The position numbers and the translations under genes were made by a program. A DNA stretch of 64,000 nt. Source: a virus. Positions 12,101-18,756 of this stretch are shown here, piece after piece. Where the stretch lies: IMG/VR virus record IMGVR_UViG_3300042691_044733, positions 62,980 to 126,979 of that record; one strand, written 5' to 3'. Under the pieces are notes generated by a model. The model made no database searches and was not told where the DNA came from. It saw nothing but the letters and a program-made list of their open reading frames with translations. The first letter of the stretch is position 1. Each line of letters starts with the position of its first letter.

Positions 12101-13334
12101 CATTAAGTAATTCATATTCAACGAATTTATTATTCCTAAAGAACGTGTCAATAAATTGTTCAATTAAAGAACGGGATTCTGGTGTATCTCTGTCTCCATT
12201 TTCTAATTCAAAATTACCCAATAAAATATTTACAGCAGCATCTAGGAATTCTTGATCAGATTCTACTGGATTTGCAGCAAAACTTATTGACGCTCTATTA
12301 GCACCTCTAATAAAATTATTAGAAATAGTATTTATTTCTTGACCGCTTGCAGTTACAATTTTAATTCTTTTTACTTCTATGGGCAACTCTGATAAATCCT
12401 CAATTTGAGGATCACCAAGATTTCTTCTTATTGAGTTATTAGAAGGAATATATCCAGTACTTAAACCAATTATTTCTTGAGTAATTTGATTTTTAGGACT
12501 TGATAATATAAATTCTTTTTTCTTTTCAACTTCTTTTAATTCTTCTGCAAGAACTTCTTCTGCTTCTTCAATAGAGATATTTCTTGTTTTTGCAATTTCA
12601 GGAAGTGTTTGAATAGTTGCAGGATCAGATCTAAAAAAGAAATAAACATATTTACCAGAATCTGATTCTTTATAATCATTATCTAATAATACAGGTTCCC
12701 CCAGGTTATTAGTAACAACCTGAATTAATGCCTTATTATCAACTCCAGAAATTAATCCATTATTTTGACGAAGTGTTACATAAAAACCACTAAGGTCAGA
12801 AGTAGTTTTTTCATTATCAGCAAGATAATTTAAAAAATTATAACTATGTTCTCTACCAGGTTCTTCTGAATTTCCTGTAGTAGAAGCAAGTGTGTTAGGT
12901 CTTGCACTGAATACTTCAGGTAAAATCTTAGTTTTTGGTTCTGGTTTAGGTTCTACTTTAGGGACCTCTTTAATTGCTGATTCTTGTTTCTTGTTTAAAT
13001 CTAAAATTGTCTCAAGATTCTTGATATCATCATTAATACTTTTCTTTAACTGATATGCAGCAGGTAATGATTCAATAATCTTACCAGTTATTGTGTCATC
13101 TACACCAACAATATATTCTAGATATTGAGGGATTAATCCTGCATAAGTTAATGCAAGATCATATGCGTCAGGATTTTTCTTTTTATCAAAGTTATTCTTA
13201 ACGTCAGAATACATTTTTTTCATGTAACCAATCAAATTAAATGGTTGATTAGTATCATGAAGAACTCTTATATCACTTATAATTTTTTTAAGTAATCTAT
13301 ATTTTTGTTGGTCATCTAGTGCACAAAAAGCCAT
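3114..13334 (-). CDS. Virion-packaged DNA-dependent RNA polymerase (crAss-like, phi14:2 gp66 type) with N-terminal zincin domain
   Basis: 3406 aa. RIPVQGLNSM...LPSEIVAKAGSDFDIDKM two-barrel catalytic motif (DFDIDK at 6786-6803). HEAWH...EEFLAEEF zincin motif at 11349-11363. Confidence 0.93.
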   Translation of the reverse strand: MAFCALDDQQKYRLLKKIISDIRVLHDTNQPFNLIGYMKKMYSDVKNNFDKKKNPDAYDLALTYAGLIPQYLEYIVGVDDTITGKIIESLPAAYQLKKSINDDIKNLETILDLNKKQESAIKEVPKVEPKPEPKTKILPEVFSARPNTLASTTGNSEEPGREHSYNFLNYLADNEKTTSDLSGFYVTLRQNNGLISGVDNKALIQVVTNNLGEPVLLDNDYKESDSGKYVYFFFRSDPATIQTLPEIAKTRNISIEEAEEVLAEELKEVEKKKEFILSSPKNQITQEIIGLSTGYIPSNNSIRRNLGDPQIEDLSELPIEVKRIKIVTASGQEINTISNNFIRGANRASISFAANPVESDQEFLDAAVNILLGNFELENGDRDTPESRSLIEQFIDTFFRNNKFVEYELLNGVRTLIITTEKNSYTFSSYDKMTDEEKEQAKQIVKQALTTYTDKGIIKKHAYNILKASEHANGVPYFERVNDKLIVKPRMLSAQQYRKFLQNHTWTSMIPLEDGTFKEVNGYLIFKEIPEEQKQYVQSIKFKQVDENEPVVVPKPKTPGSRTTEDKRVNVNVGRKVDIKNIGKPKNKLKYQKESDVKATEEQIAKAKAWYLNHPLSKYVGFEEFFDLVNSENPNAAATASFAGITLFNGSDYSDLYHEAWHVFTGYFLSKKEKADLYNEVRNTKGTFTTHLGKIITFKDATDLEVEEFLAEEFRTFMLNGQKFKGEAPKRKTIFQKIFEILQILFSSASIEDVMSNSYVSSTVKTLFEQLSIGNLGNRNFDVNKSDFGVLNKIRPLSEEEEVSLDYAEAKLVIDSIDAIISQIIDEKNLENSTERYTTLLLGDIEYKAQLYDAVYLKLTEALANIYSALDDDSPKRIDRNKLLKRKHILETAIINFSGNHAREDNTVTKEDILEALRSGKGTIAYHMQRSKYVNFDDNFSIDDAEEQMKNTNKDSYAQKSGNEIAMKELASAEVLYTIRTLFKYKPDGSLVYNELGFPELVDFDTVWNKLQRNLEGIYNPIDQVEAITALSRQTKDNSLMQLLSKLGPVFLDFSTGTNLGQLSLWTNFANVIASKKIPLVQLTVNILQDEKGKYSGLEIKPGNAKLESSGILKIWETNFQQPDNMNPYIRKAKDDHKELGKKAKRTDANYLMLNKIIMSFEETYLYDPIHFLRALGMDIPFVPTINSGLRNNFGGFLSALMEKIKHYEKNGIKVTSISKLINDAYKGNTLATSFKQLLDLVYRYSDEYGGAMVSNAKGDPQYEYSLRSTISTMIDSVNKAQDFNSISEKRPDGLDPMVLFNPERNPFIKNLRSVERLFGKGYGKRVPKSRIELKNSSGISLTINDEFSGLGIASSEADEISYTLQNLYTMVIYGVSEGTRHSDKATTYLYRIVTEGSNHNFPIEEFVKPSYLSYTVVNQYVKYLASEIERIHRLNNGDPTGDVTVGDNLYKNVGNDFIIFQDILTPETKQKLLDKYISENFLREIEKEENTSLRETIQKEIEEYLNDQINKYKEDLVKMGFYQNEALMNSLVHSIRKKMNYSYLEELKASGEIDDINSFIVNSIISGYVVNDWVHKYESTAMFYGDPALYNMLKEEFHKRNSSIAATGTIPRTDDAMIHALNTPGFKGTYAQSKWYTGNPTSKKDFSDVFDSVVFSDSKRNSIYRSIYEEAFVENQKKLFKERTGKEPNAKEVEEIKKDTASIFGEYSNMKEGDAQGWITFDAYRDLLISLGKWSPYQDELYHKIINGENIDHIDIKKFFPVKKMQYAGPLATSVGLPAIGFHKFSLFPLVPNVIKGTTLEKLHNKLVENKVDYALFQTGSKVSTITNNGKLEKFYNPDGSIAFEKSEPFIKNSIFLRYFKDQLETHDSYKGKIIFSTQLRKLIEEGLMENGVPVDYKPHITDNDERYAEWSKEENKSTPFYDLALKYENQIRILTDFKKRELEKEAGLTYDKEGNAKITKDFIDFVKKELTRQELADHEIDFIDYNPVTGGLKNDLSIHPNAENIERLLTAMVFKRLVRQKTRGEALIQVSGAGFEKGNMRKATEEEQMLYNGTNELPFYHPGKDGKTKAMKVKIAMQGNFKKLLYHPAVKDLIKIKTLTEDGKYRSMTRLEALNSLLRNPEWVEENRDLITIGGVRIPVQGLNSMEFAEVYEFLPENAGNIVVLPSEIVAKAGSDFDIDKMYFIFPSLTKTITGVRKTKYVKENENLNKEELRSQLNNLYQELENVRNRYEDDIRTMINEDFDFYKLDASELKREIKILKNQILDSVNDSNVEVTDDLYESLYHLENQLFELTENVISETNWRKLDYAKEHMAIVREIDDIQSKMDSGSAAGLENNLLDTIVEILSLPTNFLELITPNGTFLLQDSVAKYGKYNREYNQHKNFRNKEAYKQGSKKVIAGTRIFEIGYNRYKQSSNNVGKATLGQGAVDNTYNVIFNRVGAYMSPTVTLGTEKSGYYTLQQTMLLPHNTINGNISLSHFYDTNKKNKISTLIGQLINGWVDVAKDAWIFDIQGNKELTSSMLFMLQAGVPIEHAVALLSQPMVRDYLKKQQLTKSTFAPALGLGVIPRTEFRTRARAMVLKSHPIVQKQLGKGLEKLDSNYTQSRTIFNTLLSNNLNKELDKEVFTLENLNKRLDEFDGNLTEEDLKVFLHFLEIEEMSKAVTQIKMNTNFDTSRSTNMYEAKQKLDKKIDLVNNRRFPYEIVRGIDLNSPIGSFEVQGFAINFLSNFFKLRNHPRLVEFVEETVESLDPLKTFGAFFGTDEKTKEKFAEALRNDFLSYAFQEYIDNIEFDPKKPYKSLRITNKEYSPVEKEVISETVLQNGAFVKDGNLYVDLIRLERDFKNQIYSKPTYRAKGLSPIEINLDPFRGNFNEYVKFIYEREFLRSEISFTKFKETREYQKKVKMLDSMYEKNKGETDSEFKKRTERYLYEDFLRDFALLSKFNIVAMMYSPTGFANQVVDVISHYPELTDEYSLLKTLLPSRSGAITNLKFTENKLTPDKANIYHEQLIKLADPNVKKVENEIDNDKISMLFNMFPMFAFYQSGQDRMGAFAINRIVNTDLMNMLMEPIKRRAERILSSNESKKYLDQYKAFFVKLYKEPVASNNENVDADQPIVNKARKRIKKYFAEDKTKGFFYGSVYSPKVFFYTPKTDNVKAQPKQRFAPAIKTLIDNVNITLASQPNALFIYDDFIPGSKNKLAYMGANYSNTVLRNAAETIDVTVVKINNKDKEVKKPMINPENIFGIPTKKGALVSSIEDIMTDETYSDNIKLIEDAIMKLKEQSVGKIIVFDERGVGNSLLGYTGSESLLNQPKIPDAPGYKTYMYLSKRLYEEFQFINPYFYNSGEFGKLVKKEDTPTNREVNNTIFDDVNNLKVRSGKTLKEIGYTQEIWDSFPQEKKDNILNC

Positions 13335-13344
13335 AATATATTTT

Positions 13345-16300
13345 TTAGCAATTAGGGTCTATTCCTTTAAAGAACTCATCATCCACATCGAGAGAGTCTG
13401 TACTTGTTACATCTGTAAATGCTTGCTTAGCAGCATCTTTCATTGCTTGATCAGAACTCATATCAATTACAGTATTAACATTGCCAGTTGGTCCATCTGG
13501 AGTTGGTGGTTTTGGATTAATCATATCATCTATTAAAGTTTCTAAAGCATTAAACTGAGGATGATTTTTAACATCTTCATTTTGTTTAACTAACTCATCA
13601 AGTTTATTTTTTGCAATCTTAGCAATTTCTGCAATACTCATTGGTACTTTTTTATTTTCTTCTAATGTATAAAAATCAGATACATAAATTGGAGATATAC
13701 TTATTGGCATTAAAGCAAGCATTATCTCCATAATTTTATCTGCATTTTTTAAAGTATCAACTTTAGGAGATACCTTAGAATCTTCCGTTAATATATTATA
13801 CAAAGGTTCTTGCAAATATAATACATTATCTACTTCCTTGTTAGCATTTTTTTCTACTTTATCATAAACGTTTTTAATGTATTTTTTGTTTAATAGGTTT
13901 TGAATCTGAGTAGTATTTGATTCTTCGTCAGTGTAATCCAATATAATAGTGGATTTATCGGGTGCTACAACCACATCCGCGCTATCATGATAGAACCAGT
14001 TTGTTGTGATTATAGTCTGACCTATTTCTTTTAAATAGTTAACCTCATCTTTTATTTGCTCAAGTATTTCTTTATATTCTGCATTAGTATCCTGTGATTG
14101 AGATAAAGAATAAAAATAAGAACCAACTTGACTTGAGTCCATGTCTTCTATAGAAGAATGCCCGTAGGATAAAAGTACATTTCTTAAAATATCATCTACA
14201 TTTACAACATCGTAATCTTGATAAATTAAATCAGGAATTGTTCCAGGTACTACATAAATAAGTTTACCTTTAAGTTTTGCGGGTACTTGTTTTTTAGGTG
14301 TCGGTCTTTCTGACTGTTCACTCTCATCTTCCTCAGTATCCGATTCAATTGGACTTAATTGACTCATCTCAGTTGCAGTAAGTTTTGCAACAGGTAAGAA
14401 TTTAAGTGCTCCTTTTTCTGTTTTTGCAGGTTTAATTGAAAGTAATGATCCTGAAATTATACCTTCTTTCTTATTTTGTTTGTTTACTTTTTCAGTAATC
14501 TGAAGAGGGAATATCTTGATTTCATCAATTTCAAATCCTGTTAAGTCTTTAAACAACTTAGCATAGATATTCAATTGAATAGCATCTTCTTCTTTTAATG
14601 AAGAATTGCCAGTCATATACTCAACCTCTCTATTTTTTACTGAAGTTTTAATATCTATGATTGAGAATTTACCTTCTTTCTCAACCAAGATGTCCATAGT
14701 ACCAGCAGTATTGAATCCGTTAATTTCACCCCATAAAGTTGTAATATCACCATACACGTTATAATCTTTCAGTGCAACAGCAAGATCATAGATTATATCT
14801 GACAACTGATCAGAGAAACTATCTGTAATTTTTTCAAATACATTAACACCATTTATTTTATAAGATGGTGATAATGAGGCATTTGTAATATAAGTTGCTT
14901 TTATTATTGGTGCAAGAATACTTTGTACAAATGTTCTTTTATCAAATTGATCAAAACTTCCTTGAATTTGTTTTAAAATTGAAACTCCTTCAGCATCTTG
15001 ATATAATACCTGTCTAAAGATTTCATCAATAAAGTTACCTCTAATAGTTTGAAAACTATCTTCCGAAACCTGATTTTTAGAGTTAGGTTTAAATCTTGTT
15101 ACTCTATGGTATTTAAGACTACTTATTTTTGCTTTACCTGAATTTTCAATTTCAACATAATACTTTCCATTTTCAGTTTCTGGAATAGCTGCTGAAGAAG
15201 AAAGAAGTTTTTCTCTAAGTTTTTTTCTAACTTCTTCAATCATTTCTTGTGATTGCTCACTTACAGATTTTACAGGTACCTGATTTAGTTTATCAAGTGG
15301 ATCTGAAATTTCTGTATCTTGTGTTGGTTGAGTATTTGCAGTAGCTGGTTTAGGTTCTGGTTTTTCCTGTACAGGATTTTCCATATTATACTTATCAATA
15401 ATTGATTGTGCAATAGGGTTATCCTTCATCCACTCTTCTATAGATGGGTCGCCACCTTGTTCCATAGCTTTTCTATGTTCTTGAATCAGAAGTGTTTGTA
15501 AGCCAACAGGATATGTTTTTAACAAAGGAGTTGTTTCAGTGCCTTGAGGTTTAACTTCTTGGGTTTCTTCTGTTGTTGTTTCTTGTTTTGCTGTAAAGGT
15601 TGGTTTATTTTTTAATTTCTCTCCAATCAATTCTTCATAAGCATCAAATAACTCAAGTATTTTTTTGAATGTTTCTGAATCTTTTGCTACCTCGTTACCA
15701 TCTTTATCAATAAACTTATTTGGGAACATTCTGAAATTTTTTAATCTATAAAGATTAGCATCATCAAAATAAACATCCAACTTAGCAATATCTTGAATTA
15801 ACTGATTTGTTTTATTGTTTACTTTAAATCTTTCTAATGCATTACGGCTAATTTGTACTTTATTTTTTTCATACTTTAAAGTAATGTCACTAATTCTCTT
15901 AGCCATTTTTAACAATGAACCTGGGTCAGCAAGTATATTTATATTTTGAGCCTGAAACTTTGCACCTACATCAAGTTTTAAAAAGTCAATGTAATCATTA
16001 ATACTTTCATCAACAAGATCTGTAATAGGAAATACATTTTTTAAATTTGCAATTGATTTTAAGTATTGCATGTAGTTATCACGTACAACTTCATGAAGGT
16101 GTGCTTCAACAACTGCATTAAGATCAACTGAATCATCTACGTCTTCACCCTCTGCATCAAACATTGAGAGTTGACTATTCTCATCCATAATTTGAACATT
16201 CATCAAATTATTTTTTCTAGCATACTCTTTTACTGCTTGTTTATATTTTGGGTTATTATGTGATCTTGTTAATGCATCCATAACACCAGAAAACTCTAAA

Positions 16301-18756
16301 GCAGCTTCTTTCAAACCTTCTAGTTTATCTAAAAAAGTACTCTTTTTATTAAACTCAGATGTATTACCTTCAGCTTCTAAAATTTCAATTTCTGATTTTG
16401 TTGTTTCAATTAAAGATCTTAATTGATTAACATCATATAATGCAGTGAACAAAGATGAATCAGCATCTCTTACAGGTACATTAGTTGATGCTTTAGCGGC
16501 AAGGTCTTTTGCTCTTTTAAGCATTCTATCAAAACTGTACTCTCCATAAACTGACATCATTTTAGCATGCTCAAATGCTTTGTAATTATTCAGTTCTTCT
16601 ATGTAAGCATCTGGGTTCTTTTTCTTGTCTATATAACCAGGATTAAAAGGATTTGTTATGGCATCTGCTTTTTTCATCCTTGATTTTATATCCTCAGCTT
16701 TCTTTATAGCATTATCAATCTTAGACATAATATCTGGAGAGTTACCAAACATTTCTGATAACTCTTTTGGATCAGTTTGTTTAAGATCTTTTAATTGATC
16801 TACAAATAAGTCATATTTACCATTTTTAATTAATGTAAAAACATGCATAAAGAGTGAATCATCTTTAGCATTTTTTTCTCCATTAATATCTCCATTTGCA
16901 GCATTTTCCTGAACATTTGCAGAAAAGTCACGTTGTGTTTTAACATTAGTATCCAACCAGTTAACATAATCGTATGGTCTTTCCTCTAAAGAATTCATAG
17001 ATTTAACTAATTCATCCATTTGTTCTTTTTGAGATTTTACATAATCATCATAAGTAGTAGTTTTATTCTTGTAGTCATTAAACTTCATTTGAAGAAGACT
17101 ACCTGTATTAGATATATAATTACTTACTGCTTGAATAGGTCCTCCCATTAAAAATCCTGACATAAATACATCAAGACCTTGCATGCTCATTTGTTCACCA
17201 AAACCTTTCTTGAGTGCTTCCATGTAAGTATTTTTTGCAGCAATATTAGGATCACCATATAATTCTGCATAATACTGATTCAAGTAATAATCAATATTTG
17301 TTTTTTGAATACCTTCTTGATAAACTTCTTGAAGACCTTCAACTAAATTAGCTTGTAAATATTTTAAACTTTTAAGTGCAGCGGGTAAAGGTTTGTTTTT
17401 TAAAGCGTCCCAGGTACCTTTTCCAAAAGACTTTAAATAATCTTTTGTGAACATTCCTTTCTTAAACATTCCTTTTTCAATTACTGAATAAGGAGTTTTA
17501 CCAGCGGCTTTCCATCCTGAGTTTTTAACTATTTTATAGAAAGAATTTTGAGCACCCAACCTCATCAATCTTTTGTCAATTGGTTTAAATAGACCATCAA
17601 ATACTATTTTATTAGAATAGTAGATTGCAGGAATATTACCAATTACTGTTGCAGCAGCTGCTTTTTTACCACGTTGATAAATATCATCAAGTTCATTTTG
17701 TGAAATTTCTTTACTAGGGTTTGCTTTTTTCCATTCTTCAACTGCTTGATTTACAAAATCATTTTGAGCAAAACCACCCTCAAGAGTTGACTCTGAAAGA
17801 ACTGCATTTAACTGACGCATATCATAATAGAATGCAGTTCCTGTTTTAAATGTTTTAGCAAAAGTACTCAACCTATTTTCTGCTGTCCCAGCAGTAAGAG
17901 CTTTTTTAACAAATGATCCTGCATTGTCAAAAGGATTAAATAATGCATTTGCCCCTGTTTGAAGTGATTTATAAAACATTTTTGCTTTATTAGGATCCTT
18001 AAATGATCTAACTAACTTAGCTAATGATTTAGATAAACCAGCAACATTTTGTCCAGTTCTTACAGCAGCAAGTTCACTAGTACCACCAAATGTTGCAGCT
18101 GTAATTGCACCTAATGCAATTTCTTCTGCTGCCATTTCAAGTACCATACCTATAGTATATGCACTATTAGCAACAAAGTTAGTTGCCCAAGCACCTGCAC
18201 CTTTTCTATTACTTGTTGCAATAGAAAGTCTTTCTTCCATTAAAGATGCACCTTCAGTATTTGGACTGAAATCTCCAGTAAGTAAATCACCCCAACTCTT
18301 AAAGTTATCATACATTGCACCACCAGCAAGACCCCAAAATTGAGTTCCCATTCTACGTGCATCATCTAGAAATGTAGATCTAGAAGTATATTCACTTTCA
18401 TTATCATTATAAATACTGAATCCTAAATTTTTAAACTTAGGATGATTATAGTATCTATTAAAATTATAACCAAATCTACTACCATCAAAACTTGTAACTT
18501 TTGATCTACGTAATGGATCACTATAAGTTGCAACTTTTGCTTGAAGATTTGCAAATAAATCTTTAGTCAATCCTTTTGAATCAACAGGTTGTGTAAATAC
18601 ATTACCAGCACCATCCTGAGCATTTTGTACTACAGGACTATGTTGTCTAAATTGTGCATCTAGCTTTGGTAAGTTTTGATCAAAAAATTGGTTTATCTGA
18701 TCTAGTTTTGCATCAATTATATTAGGATCTAAATTATTTGCTTTGGGGTTTTCCAT
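13345..18756 (-). CDS. Giant ejected virion protein with hydrophobic Ala/Gly segments and a PD-(D/E)xK nuclease domain
   Basis: 1803 aa. Hydrophobic stretch ANSAYTIGMVLEMAAEEIALGAITAATFGG. AGTMDIL..IIDIKTS..QLNIY RecB-family motifs. Adjacent to the vRNAP as in crAss-like phages. Confidence 0.75.
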   Translation of the reverse strand: MENPKANNLDPNIIDAKLDQINQFFDQNLPKLDAQFRQHSPVVQNAQDGAGNVFTQPVDSKGLTKDLFANLQAKVATYSDPLRRSKVTSFDGSRFGYNFNRYYNHPKFKNLGFSIYNDNESEYTSRSTFLDDARRMGTQFWGLAGGAMYDNFKSWGDLLTGDFSPNTEGASLMEERLSIATSNRKGAGAWATNFVANSAYTIGMVLEMAAEEIALGAITAATFGGTSELAAVRTGQNVAGLSKSLAKLVRSFKDPNKAKMFYKSLQTGANALFNPFDNAGSFVKKALTAGTAENRLSTFAKTFKTGTAFYYDMRQLNAVLSESTLEGGFAQNDFVNQAVEEWKKANPSKEISQNELDDIYQRGKKAAAATVIGNIPAIYYSNKIVFDGLFKPIDKRLMRLGAQNSFYKIVKNSGWKAAGKTPYSVIEKGMFKKGMFTKDYLKSFGKGTWDALKNKPLPAALKSLKYLQANLVEGLQEVYQEGIQKTNIDYYLNQYYAELYGDPNIAAKNTYMEALKKGFGEQMSMQGLDVFMSGFLMGGPIQAVSNYISNTGSLLQMKFNDYKNKTTTYDDYVKSQKEQMDELVKSMNSLEERPYDYVNWLDTNVKTQRDFSANVQENAANGDINGEKNAKDDSLFMHVFTLIKNGKYDLFVDQLKDLKQTDPKELSEMFGNSPDIMSKIDNAIKKAEDIKSRMKKADAITNPFNPGYIDKKKNPDAYIEELNNYKAFEHAKMMSVYGEYSFDRMLKRAKDLAAKASTNVPVRDADSSLFTALYDVNQLRSLIETTKSEIEILEAEGNTSEFNKKSTFLDKLEGLKEAALEFSGVMDALTRSHNNPKYKQAVKEYARKNNLMNVQIMDENSQLSMFDAEGEDVDDSVDLNAVVEAHLHEVVRDNYMQYLKSIANLKNVFPITDLVDESINDYIDFLKLDVGAKFQAQNINILADPGSLLKMAKRISDITLKYEKNKVQISRNALERFKVNNKTNQLIQDIAKLDVYFDDANLYRLKNFRMFPNKFIDKDGNEVAKDSETFKKILELFDAYEELIGEKLKNKPTFTAKQETTTEETQEVKPQGTETTPLLKTYPVGLQTLLIQEHRKAMEQGGDPSIEEWMKDNPIAQSIIDKYNMENPVQEKPEPKPATANTQPTQDTEISDPLDKLNQVPVKSVSEQSQEMIEEVRKKLREKLLSSSAAIPETENGKYYVEIENSGKAKISSLKYHRVTRFKPNSKNQVSEDSFQTIRGNFIDEIFRQVLYQDAEGVSILKQIQGSFDQFDKRTFVQSILAPIIKATYITNASLSPSYKINGVNVFEKITDSFSDQLSDIIYDLAVALKDYNVYGDITTLWGEINGFNTAGTMDILVEKEGKFSIIDIKTSVKNREVEYMTGNSSLKEEDAIQLNIYAKLFKDLTGFEIDEIKIFPLQITEKVNKQNKKEGIISGSLLSIKPAKTEKGALKFLPVAKLTATEMSQLSPIESDTEEDESEQSERPTPKKQVPAKLKGKLIYVVPGTIPDLIYQDYDVVNVDDILRNVLLSYGHSSIEDMDSSQVGSYFYSLSQSQDTNAEYKEILEQIKDEVNYLKEIGQTIITTNWFYHDSADVVVAPDKSTIILDYTDEESNTTQIQNLLNKKYIKNVYDKVEKNANKEVDNVLYLQEPLYNILTEDSKVSPKVDTLKNADKIMEIMLALMPISISPIYVSDFYTLEENKKVPMSIAEIAKIAKNKLDELVKQNEDVKNHPQFNALETLIDDMINPKPPTPDGPTGNVNTVIDMSSDQAMKDAAKQAFTDVTSTDSLDVDDEFFKGIDPNC

